Source: an uncultured Gammaproteobacteria bacterium
GTDB taxonomy: Bacteria; Patescibacteriota; Microgenomatia; Levybacterales; UBA12049
Reading direction: 5' to 3'
Assembly: GCA_964391315.1 (NCBI GenBank)
Contig: CAYMJR010000002.1
Location: 89,223 to 153,222, forward strand
DNA length: 64,000 nucleotides
Positions 53,398 to 63,059 of this stretch are shown one piece after another; the stretch's first letter is position 1; each line of letters opens with the position of its first letter. A program made the position numbers and the translations under genes. The notes under the pieces are model-generated. The model saw only the letters and a program-made list of their open reading frames with translations, ran no database searches and was not told where the DNA came from.

Positions 53398-55146
53398 ATG
53401 AAATTTATACTAAAAGTTATGAAAATAAAAAAAACTTTGATATTGGGATTTCTTAGTTTCTTATTCTACTTTTTTGCAAGTATTTATATAACTTTTCCAC
53501 TTATTTTTCATCTTGGAGACCTGGTGACCGGACTTGGAGATGAATTTGTTATTGCATGGACACAGAATTATGTCATTCATGCGTTAACGACCAACCCTCT
53601 CTCTCTATTTGAAGCAAATCTTTATTTTCCTTATCATAATACACTTGCTTATTCTGACCTCCATCTTATTTCAAGTATTCTAGGAATAATTCCTCTTGCC
53701 CTGTTTGGTCAACCAATAGCGGTTTTTAATTTTACCGTTATTTCATCACTTATTCTTTTGGGCTTTTCAATATACTTATTATGTTTTTATCTAACGAAAA
53801 ACTTTTGGGCATCGCTACTTGCTGGAACATTGGTAATATTTTCACCTGCAGTTTTAGATAAGGTAGTACATGTTCAAATTCTGGCAATTGAATGGGTTCC
53901 TCTAGCGATTCTTTTTTTCATCAAGTTTTTAGACAAGCAAAAATCCCGGTACATTATGGTCAGTTTGTTATTTTTTCTAATCCAAACGTACAACAGTTTC
54001 ATGCCAGGATATTTTATCCTTTTTTCTTATGTCTTTATTTTTGTTTCGCGATTTCTAAAGAAGAAAAAACAAACATTAAGAATTGTTACTAAAAAAAATA
54101 TTTTGTTAGTTATTCTTTCATTTGTTCTTCTTATTCCTATTATCATCCCATATTACAAAGTATCAAAAGAATTTAACTATACTCGTGATATTCATGATGC
54201 AGTACATTTTGCAATACAACCTGAGGATTTGTTTTATACAATACCTCTTTCTCGATTGGAACCATTTTTAAATGGATTACCATTCAATCAGCATGCAGAG
54301 AATGGAGAATTTAAACCAGGATATCTTGGTTTTATATTTACCTTATTAACAGCTTTTATCGTTTATCGATTCATTCGATACTTTAAGAAGAATAGTGATG
54401 GAATGAATACATTTGTCCTCATTGGATTTTTAGGTCTCGTATTAAGTTTGGGTCCTGTGTTACATCTGGGAAGACAAACTGTCCATATCCCTTTTCCAAT
54501 TCCGCTTCCATATACATTGTTTTATTATCTCTTGCCAGGTTTTCAAGGTTTTCGAAATTCTGCAAGATTTGAGGCGCTATTTATTCTTTTAATAGCAATA
54601 GCAATTGCCTTAGCTCTTAATACTCTTTTAAAGAAATATTCTGCAAAAAAACAAATTTTTGTATATTTCTTGTTAATAGCAGGATGTGTTATTGAATTTA
54701 ATTTTCCGATGAAATTTTATCCAGTTCCGCAAAGAAAAAACTTTCCACAAGTGTATTCCTGGCTTAACACAACACCCAAATATGCATCTGTAATTATCAT
54801 GCCGGCATACAACTGGAATATGCCTTATGCAGCAGAAGAAATAAAAAGAGAATATTTTTCAACGGAAAATTTTAGAAGAACGGTAAATGGATACAGTGGC
54901 TTTTCACCACCACCTTGGCAGGAGTTATTAATGAATCTCCATAAAAATTTTCCAGACGGAAAGACTCTTAAAACTCTTAAAAATTTAGGAATTACCTATA
55001 TCATTATTGATAAAGAGATGTATGATAAAGGATTTAAAGAGAGAAATGAGAATGTTTCTGGAGAAAGAGTTGTGAATTTGCTCAAAATAAATAATAGAGT
55101 AAAATTTATCAAACAAATTGGAGATTATTATATTTTTACACTTTAA
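53398..55146 (+). CDS. Polytopic membrane protein with C-terminal soluble domain, GT-C-like
   Basis: 582 aa with ~12 TM helices. It has an early loop GLGDEFVIAWTQNYVIHAL...ANLYFPYHNTLAYSD. Confidence 0.5.
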   Translation: MKFILKVMKIKKTLILGFLSFLFYFFASIYITFPLIFHLGDLVTGLGDEFVIAWTQNYVIHALTTNPLSLFEANLYFPYHNTLAYSDLHLISSILGIIPLALFGQPIAVFNFTVISSLILLGFSIYLLCFYLTKNFWASLLAGTLVIFSPAVLDKVVHVQILAIEWVPLAILFFIKFLDKQKSRYIMVSLLFFLIQTYNSFMPGYFILFSYVFIFVSRFLKKKKQTLRIVTKKNILLVILSFVLLIPIIIPYYKVSKEFNYTRDIHDAVHFAIQPEDLFYTIPLSRLEPFLNGLPFNQHAENGEFKPGYLGFIFTLLTAFIVYRFIRYFKKNSDGMNTFVLIGFLGLVLSLGPVLHLGRQTVHIPFPIPLPYTLFYYLLPGFQGFRNSARFEALFILLIAIAIALALNTLLKKYSAKKQIFVYFLLIAGCVIEFNFPMKFYPVPQRKNFPQVYSWLNTTPKYASVIIMPAYNWNMPYAAEEIKREYFSTENFRRTVNGYSGFSPPPWQELLMNLHKNFPDGKTLKTLKNLGITYIIIDKEMYDKGFKERNENVSGERVVNLLKINNRVKFIKQIGDYYIFTL

Positions 55147-56347
55147 TTTTCAACTTTTTATCTACTAAATACATAATTACTAAAGCGAGAGGAAAATAGA
55201 CGACTAACAATTTCGGAAGATATTCGAGTGAAAGGACAGGGAACATATTGGCAATCGCAAATAATCCTAAGAACATTTCTTTTTTGTACTGTTTTGCAAG
55301 TATAAAGGTACTGAGTATTAATGGAATAAAGATAGGATATGAATATCTAAATGAAGAAACCATAATCCATGGCTGATCTGATGTCGGTTGAGGAAGTAAA
55401 ATAATAAAATTGGCAAATCCAATAAAACATAAAGTTGCAATATACGGTGGAAGCTTTATATGTCCTCTCAATTTAGCAAACAAGACAAAAAATGGTAAGA
55501 GTAGACTTAATCCCCATAATTTATATTCTGAGTAAAAAGCATTGAACATTGTTAAAGGGTGTCTTAAGGTAGTATCCCACATGTGGGCATGGTTGTTATA
55601 ATAGATGCCTTGGCAGGGAAGAGAGAATTCACATAATGGCCACATAGGGTTTCCAACAGCCAAATAGTTTCGAACGTACCAGAATAGTCCAAGAATTGAA
55701 ACAGGAATAAGAAAAATAATAAATCTTTTAATTGATACTATTTGGAAAATAGTTCTCCAGTAAGCAATAGTTAAGACAGATACATAAGCCAATGCAGAGT
55801 ATTTTGATCCAATCATCATCCCAAATAATATTCCCAGTAACAATGCGTATAAGTTTGTTTTTTTCGGTTTTTGAAGCAAAATAATTGCTAACGTAAAATA
55901 GTTTGCAAGCCACACATCAACACTGACAGCATTGAACCAGCGTGAAATAACAGTCAATGTGCAAATACTTTCCGCAAATAACAGCGACATGTAATATTCT
56001 AATTTGAAGGTTCGTGCCAGATTAAAACAACAAAAGAATAAAACTACAATTGCAATAAGGTTGGAAATAGTTAAGGGAATATGAAGCAGCATTAATAGCG
56101 CATTGATAGCTTCTGAAGCACCTGGGTTAAATATTCCCATGAAAATCTTTGGTGTAAAATGTGATGGTTGGATAAATGTCCCATTTAATATCGTTTGAGA
56201 AATAGGAATATGATAAGTATAACTGTCACCTTGTGCAGGAATTGGATGGATAATTCCTTGGAAAAAATAATAGGTAAGTAAATAAAGAAAAAAAAGTAAA
56301 CCAATATATGCAAATAACTGTGCTGGTTTCATAGGTTTTGTAAACAT
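55136..56347 (-). CDS. Polytopic GT-C-like membrane protein
   Basis: 403 aa with ~11 TM helices. Its first-loop motif AQGDSYTYHIP is related to those of 46750 (EDGYHT) and 56509 (FDALWYH). Confidence 0.5.
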   Translation of the reverse strand: MFTKPMKPAQLFAYIGLLFFLYLLTYYFFQGIIHPIPAQGDSYTYHIPISQTILNGTFIQPSHFTPKIFMGIFNPGASEAINALLMLLHIPLTISNLIAIVVLFFCCFNLARTFKLEYYMSLLFAESICTLTVISRWFNAVSVDVWLANYFTLAIILLQKPKKTNLYALLLGILFGMMIGSKYSALAYVSVLTIAYWRTIFQIVSIKRFIIFLIPVSILGLFWYVRNYLAVGNPMWPLCEFSLPCQGIYYNNHAHMWDTTLRHPLTMFNAFYSEYKLWGLSLLLPFFVLFAKLRGHIKLPPYIATLCFIGFANFIILLPQPTSDQPWIMVSSFRYSYPIFIPLILSTFILAKQYKKEMFLGLFAIANMFPVLSLEYLPKLLVVYFPLALVIMYLVDKKLKIKV

Positions 56348-56508
56348 ATAGGTATATTATTTATCGTAAGAAAATTTTTCGTAATGGATAATGTTAGTTC
56401 CACAATAGAGTAATCTTACAATAGATAATTTTTCTATCTTTGGTCATTTATCTGGACTATTTTATCATAACGTTCAGCTAGAAAAAATAAGGATTAAAAG
56501 AGTGGTCC

Positions 56509-58149
56509 ATGTGTCGTATAATAGAGCTGATGTTTACGTTTGCCTTTCTTGTGGGAATATATTCATATCTCATCGTTTTTTTTGGAATACAAGGATGGTT
56601 GTATAGAGATGCAGTCTTGTGGTTGACTGTTTTATTTTGGGGTAGTTTTTTAGGATGGAGGATTAAGAAGATAAGATGGAATAAAAGGATTAGATTGTTT
56701 GAAAATAAGCCTTTATGCTTATTAGTCATTCTGTTGAGTTTGCAGACAGTTGTTAATTTAATTGGTGTGTTTGGTCCAGAGTTAGGATTTGATGCGCTCT
56801 GGTATCATCTGACGCTGCCAAAACTATATCTGCAACACCATTCTGTGTTCTTTATTCCTGGTGGTTTGCTTTATTATAGCGCTATGCCAAAACTTGCTGA
56901 GGTGCTTTATATAGCAGGAATTAGTTTTGGTAATGAAACAATTGCAAAGTGTATCCATTTTCTTTTTAGTCTGTTAACTTGTCTTGCAATCTACAAATTA
57001 TCACGAAAATTTTTCTCTCCATTGATTTCACTCATTGCAGTAGTTATTTTCTCTGCAAATCTTGTTGTAGGATGGGAATCCATTTCCGCTTATATCGATC
57101 TGATCCGAACATTCTTTGAAGTTATGGCATTGTGGGCATTTATTAATTGGGTCGAGATGAAAAAGCAAAAGTGGTTAGTTTGGTCTGCTGTCATGATGGG
57201 ACTTGCAATAACAACAAAAGTATTGGCTATAGGCAGTTTGTTAATATTTATAATACTTATTTTAGTAGGGATAAGAGAAAAAAGATGGATAATGAGGATG
57301 AAAGACGGTGGAGTGTTTGCGTTGATTGCTTTTATTGTACCGTTGCCGTGGTTTGTGTTCTCATATATTCATACAGGGAATCCTGTGTATCCGTTTTTTT
57401 CAGAGATTTATCCAGTTTCGCCATCGGAGATTAATATTTTTAGTTTTCTAAAAGAAGTATGGATTCTTTTTACACAAGCAGCTGATCCAATTTCGCCGGT
57501 TTATTTGATGTTTTTGCCTTTTATTGTTTTGTTATTTATTAAATCAAAAAATAAGTTCGGGGTAACCAGTTTAAGAATAATTGGATTATATTCTTTGTTA
57601 TCAATTATTGTCTGGTATTTTACTCCAAGAACTGGTGGAGGACGATTTATCATTCCTTATCTTCCCGCATTCTCATTACTTTGTGCCAGTATCGTCTCTG
57701 AAGTCTTAGAAAATAAAAAGAGATATAATTCGTATTTAGGAGAGTTTTTATTAGGTGTTATTATTTTTGTATCAGTATTCTCAATTGGTTACCGATTTGT
57801 GGCAAATAAAAAATATATTCCGGTCATTTTAGGCAAACAGACTAAAGCAGCATTTTTATCATCTCACTTGAATTTTTCCTATGGAGATTTTTATGATACA
57901 GATGGCTATTTCAAAACGCATATAAAACCAACGGATACTGTTTTGTTATTTGGTTTTCATAATTTGTATTACGTTGATTTTCCTTCTATTGATGCATCAT
58001 GGTTACAACCAGGAGATTATTTTAACTATATTGCGACACAAAAAACTGATCTCCCTAAACAATATGGAAATTGGGTTTTAATATACGAAAATGAGCGAAC
58101 AATGGTAAAATTGTATAAAATGCCTGAGCACTTGTATTCATTCAAATGA
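56509..58149 (+). CDS. Polytopic GT-C-like glycosyltransferase (PMT_2/ArnT-like)
   Basis: 546 aa with ~13 TM helices. It has the loop GPELGFDALWYHLTLPKLYL and a soluble C-terminal domain. The true start may be the internal Met (MFTFAF). Confidence 0.6.
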   Translation: MCRIIELMFTFAFLVGIYSYLIVFFGIQGWLYRDAVLWLTVLFWGSFLGWRIKKIRWNKRIRLFENKPLCLLVILLSLQTVVNLIGVFGPELGFDALWYHLTLPKLYLQHHSVFFIPGGLLYYSAMPKLAEVLYIAGISFGNETIAKCIHFLFSLLTCLAIYKLSRKFFSPLISLIAVVIFSANLVVGWESISAYIDLIRTFFEVMALWAFINWVEMKKQKWLVWSAVMMGLAITTKVLAIGSLLIFIILILVGIREKRWIMRMKDGGVFALIAFIVPLPWFVFSYIHTGNPVYPFFSEIYPVSPSEINIFSFLKEVWILFTQAADPISPVYLMFLPFIVLLFIKSKNKFGVTSLRIIGLYSLLSIIVWYFTPRTGGGRFIIPYLPAFSLLCASIVSEVLENKKRYNSYLGEFLLGVIIFVSVFSIGYRFVANKKYIPVILGKQTKAAFLSSHLNFSYGDFYDTDGYFKTHIKPTDTVLLFGFHNLYYVDFPSIDASWLQPGDYFNYIATQKTDLPKQYGNWVLIYENERTMVKLYKMPEHLYSFK

Positions 58150-59366
58150 AAATATTAAAATTTCTTTTTATTCTTCTTCTTATACTTTTTCCTATTGGAG
58201 AGATTTTGCGGTTTGATGTAGGAAATAATATTGTTCTTAAACCACTAGATTTTGTGGCAGGGATAACAGTAGTTTGGTGGATGATATTGCAAGCTCAAAG
58301 TTCAAAGTTCAAAATTCAAAATTTAAAGAAGCACTATTTTATTTTACCATTAGTTTCTTTTGTCGCGATTGGATTTGCTGCATTAGTTATTAATCTTGCT
58401 TGGCTCAAACCACAAGAATTTATAGTTAGTTTATTATACCTACTTCGCTTTGTTTCATACGCATTTTTACTTCCCGTCACACTACAATTCGATAAAATTT
58501 TTAGAAGAAAAATTATTTTTATTCTTTTAATTGATGGTTTGGTAATTCTTATTTTGGGTTATTTTCAATATTTTTTCTTTAATAGTCTGAAGAGTCTTTA
58601 TTACCTTGGTTGGGATGAGCACAAACATCGAATTTTTTCAACATTTTTTGATCCCAATTTCACCGGAGCGTTTTATGTACTATATTTACTGATTATTGCA
58701 GGATTACTGTATGAGGTTTATCGAAAACAAAAACAGCAGGAAACGATTGCGTTGAGTGTTCTTTTACTTTTGACACTCCTAGCAGTATTTTTAACATTTT
58801 CCCGATCAGCTTTGTTGATGTTAATTGTCGGTGGAATAACTTTTTTTGTTCTTATCAAGAAGAAAAAGTTATTATTTTTTCTTTTTGGTGCAATTCTTTT
58901 ATTTGGTATTATTGCATCTCCCAAATTTCACGACGAAAATATGAATTTATTCCGTGAAGCTTCAAGTAAAGCACGGGTCGCAAATATCGAGACAGCGTTA
59001 CGTATTATTCAGGATCGGCCAATTCTTGGGGTAGGATTTAATAGTTATCGATACACAAAATCCTTATATCATTTACAACACGATTGGGTGAATGCACCTT
59101 CTCATGCTGATGCAGGAGTAGATAATAGTTATCTTTTTGTCTTGGCAACAACAGGTATCATAGGTTTCGGCTTTTATCTCTGGCTATGGATTGCTATGAT
59201 AAAAAACGCATTCGTCCTTTACCATAAAAAGATGATGATAGGAGCAATTATTGTTATTTCATCAATTTTTGCAATTTTTACAAATGCTCTTTTTATTAAT
59301 AGTCTTTTCTTTTCTCCGCTTATGCTTTGGTTGTGGCTTGAAGTAGGATTGATTGAAGAGTTTTAG
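58146..59366 (+). CDS. O-antigen ligase / polymerase family protein (Wzy_C domain)
   Basis: 406 aa and polytopic. It has FLTFSRSALLMLIVGG, the periplasmic loop RPILGVGFNSYRY, and SHADAGVDNSYLFVLATTGIIG. Confidence 0.75.
   Translation: MKILKFLFILLLILFPIGEILRFDVGNNIVLKPLDFVAGITVVWWMILQAQSSKFKIQNLKKHYFILPLVSFVAIGFAALVINLAWLKPQEFIVSLLYLLRFVSYAFLLPVTLQFDKIFRRKIIFILLIDGLVILILGYFQYFFFNSLKSLYYLGWDEHKHRIFSTFFDPNFTGAFYVLYLLIIAGLLYEVYRKQKQQETIALSVLLLLTLLAVFLTFSRSALLMLIVGGITFFVLIKKKKLLFFLFGAILLFGIIASPKFHDENMNLFREASSKARVANIETALRIIQDRPILGVGFNSYRYTKSLYHLQHDWVNAPSHADAGVDNSYLFVLATTGIIGFGFYLWLWIAMIKNAFVLYHKKMMIGAIIVISSIFAIFTNALFINSLFFSPLMLWLWLEVGLIEEF
58293..58327 (+). repeat. Period-7 array (GCTCAAA GTTCAAA GTTCAAA ATTCAAA ATTTAAA) inside the O-antigen-ligase-like gene
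   Basis: Read directly. It is translated as AQSSKFKIQNLKK in the loop after the second TM segment. Confidence 0.9.
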
Positions 59367-60070
59367 TTCGTTTTAATTGTTATCTGTTTTGTTGTTTGGT
59401 TATCTGCATCATCAGTGGCTACGACTTTAATTTGATTATCTCCATCATGTAGGGCAAGTGAATATCTGAAAGATCCGTCATTATTACTAATTGCCCAGAA
59501 ATCGTTGACAGTGACTCTAACACCAGGATCTGTTTTACCTCGGACTGTTATCGGACTATCTCCTTTGGAAATTGTCTGTCCATCTTGTGGAAAACTAATA
59601 TCCAGGGATGGAGGTTTGTCGATATAGGTGATGGTAGAAATCGATGAGTAATTACTTTCTTTGTCGTCACCTGTTACTGCTTTAGCTTTAATTTCATTAC
59701 TACCACTTTCAAGTTTAACATCAGTAAACTTAAACGATTTATCTTTTTTGACATCTGCTGTATCTACCATTTTACCGTTAACGTACAGCTTGATTGTTTG
59801 TTTGTCATCTGCATAGCCGCTTACAGCAATTGTTGCACTCTTGGTAGCATCAGCCATTGGATCAAGAACAGGAGGGGCGATGTAGGAAACGGTGTTGATA
59901 TTTGTGTCATTATTGCCGGACGATTTTTTGACTAGCAAACTAAAATTAATGAGAAGCTGTGGACCAAACATGAATAAAAGCACAAGGATAGCAATAATGC
60001 CTCCAATGGTAAGTATCATGCTGTGTATGCTCTGCTCTTGTATATGTCTGCTGATTCGTGATCGTGCCAT
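59363..60070 (-). CDS. Membrane-anchored surface protein with two Ig-like beta-sandwich repeats
   Basis: It has an N-terminal TM (MILTIGGIIAILVLLFMF) followed by two ~80-aa beta-rich repeats: ATIAVSGYADDKQTIKLYVNGK...NEIKAKAV, and ITVRGKTDPGVRVTVND...GDNQIKVVATDDADN. Confidence 0.6.
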   Translation of the reverse strand: MARSRISRHIQEQSIHSMILTIGGIIAILVLLFMFGPQLLINFSLLVKKSSGNNDTNINTVSYIAPPVLDPMADATKSATIAVSGYADDKQTIKLYVNGKMVDTADVKKDKSFKFTDVKLESGSNEIKAKAVTGDDKESNYSSISTITYIDKPPSLDISFPQDGQTISKGDSPITVRGKTDPGVRVTVNDFWAISNNDGSFRYSLALHDGDNQIKVVATDDADNQTTKQITIKTN

Positions 60071-60096
60071 ATTTATGTTTATTATATATCTTTTTG

Positions 60097-60168
60097 AGCC
60101 GATGGCCAGATTTGAACTGGCGACCCGCGGTTTACGATACCGCTGCTCTACCCCTGAGCTACATCGGC
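60097..60168 (-). tRNA. tRNA-Thr (anticodon CGU)
   Basis: Hand-folded cloverleaf: acceptor GCCGATG/CATCGGC, D-stem GCTC/GAGC, anticodon stem GCGGT/ACCGC with loop AT-CGT-AA, 5-nt variable loop, T-arm GCCAG-TTCAAAT-CTGGC, discriminator T. No CCA is encoded. Confidence 0.9.
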
Positions 60169-60230
60169 AATTCAGTCTGGTCGTTAGCCTATTTTAGAGA
60201 ATTGTTGTTCGTTTGTAAACCTGTTGAGCG

Positions 60231-60677
60231 TTAGGATTGTGAGGGGACGTTGGTACCGCGGCTGCCGCGTTCGACATGGCGGCGTCTGGCGACTTTAAGT
60301 TCCACAATTGCTTTGGCAAGTTCTGCTTGGGCATTGGCGAAATCTTGTGCTGTGATGCCAGATTCCTTTTTCTTGATGATTTCTTCTGCGCGTTTCTGTG
60401 CTTCAAGTGCTTTATTAATTTCAATTTCTTCAGCGCGGACTGCGTAGTCTGCGAGAAGGGTAATTTTGTTACTTATCACTTCCAGGAATCCTCCTGTGAT
60501 TGCTAAATATTGGGTTTTGCCGCTTATTTTAACTGTCATTTCACCTGGGAGGACTTTTGTCATGAGGTTGACATGGTGCGGAAGCACTGCGATTTCACCG
60601 TCTGCTGTGTTAAGGACGATTTCGTCGACTTCTCCTGAATAAATTGTTTTTTCTGGTGTAACTATTTCTAATTGCAT
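60231..60677 (-). CDS. atpC: F1 ATP synthase epsilon subunit
   Basis: MQLEIVTPEKTIYSGEVDEIVLNTADGEIAVLPHHVNLMT is the canonical epsilon N-terminus. The gene follows atpD. Confidence 0.9.
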   Translation of the reverse strand: MQLEIVTPEKTIYSGEVDEIVLNTADGEIAVLPHHVNLMTKVLPGEMTVKISGKTQYLAITGGFLEVISNKITLLADYAVRAEEIEINKALEAQKRAEEIIKKKESGITAQDFANAQAELAKAIVELKVARRRHVERGSRGTNVPSQS

Positions 60678-60680
60678 AGT

Positions 60681-61583
60681 TTATTGAGCTGCCTGGGCGC
60701 CTGTTATATCAAGCAACTCGCTCGTGATCTTAGCTTGGCGTGTTTTATTATACTCTAATTTCAAATCTTCGATGATGTCTTTTGCATTGTTGGTGGCATT
60801 TTGCATGGAGAGCATGCGTGCTGCTTGTTCTGATAGATAACTTTCAAGAATTTCCTGATAGATTACCATTTCTATATATCGTTTGAGAAGGTCAGGAAGG
60901 ATTGTTTCGATGTCTGGTTCAAAAAGTGCGAAGTGTTCAGATTCTGATTTTGTTTGTGGTTTGGTTGTAGCCACAGCACTGAGATCAGGAGTCTCTACTT
61001 GTAAGTTGTCTTGGGGTAGTATTGGTAATAACTTAGTCCAGTGAGGGCGTTGGGTAAAGACACTGGCATAATGTGTTGAAAGTACTTCAACTTTGTCGAC
61101 TTTTCCACCAAGGAAATGGTCGTCAATTAATTTAGTAATAGGGTAGACGACGTCAAATTTAGGAAGGGTATTACCAAAAGGGAATGAAGCGACGAGGTCT
61201 CGGCCGATATAGGCAATAGTGCTCTCGATTTTTTTACCAATGGTAATATAAATTTCATCTTTACTATTTGGTCGTCTGATAATTTCTTTCGTGAGATTCG
61301 TAACCAGTCCTCCGCAAAGACCTTTATCTGGTGCAACGACAACGACAAGCGTTTTTCCTGTCTTATCAGTTTCTTTCATGTAGGAAGGTAAGGCTGCTGT
61401 TTCAACGCGGTTGGTTAGATTGCGAGTAACGACTGAGAGCTTGTCTACATACGGACGTGATGCCAGTGCTGCGTCTTGTGCTTTTTTTAATTTTGATGCA
61501 GCAATCATCTGCATGGCGCGTGTTGTTTTGGACACGTTTTGTGCAGTTCGGATTCTTCTGAGTAATGCCATTGTGTTTGCCAT
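60681..61583 (-). CDS. atpG: F1 ATP synthase gamma subunit
   Basis: It has LRRIRTAQNVSKTTRAMQMIAASKLKKAQ at the N-terminus and LEYNKTRQAKITSELLDI at the C-terminus. Confidence 0.92.
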   Translation of the reverse strand: MANTMALLRRIRTAQNVSKTTRAMQMIAASKLKKAQDAALASRPYVDKLSVVTRNLTNRVETAALPSYMKETDKTGKTLVVVVAPDKGLCGGLVTNLTKEIIRRPNSKDEIYITIGKKIESTIAYIGRDLVASFPFGNTLPKFDVVYPITKLIDDHFLGGKVDKVEVLSTHYASVFTQRPHWTKLLPILPQDNLQVETPDLSAVATTKPQTKSESEHFALFEPDIETILPDLLKRYIEMVIYQEILESYLSEQAARMLSMQNATNNAKDIIEDLKLEYNKTRQAKITSELLDITGAQAAQ

Positions 61584-61631
61584 ATGTTTAGGGTTTAGTA
61601 ATTAGTGCTTAGTGATTAGCAAGAAGCAGGA

Positions 61632-63059
<1,428 letters not shown>

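Noticed and set aside
60097-60168. tRNA-Thr as an integration site marking the glycan cluster as a mobile genomic island
   Set aside because: No integrase is present, and I found no direct repeat of the tRNA 3' end near the other cluster boundary (~18.5 kb). The Ig-like gene and the atp operon sit between plausible borders. The lower GC of the cluster is only a visual impression.
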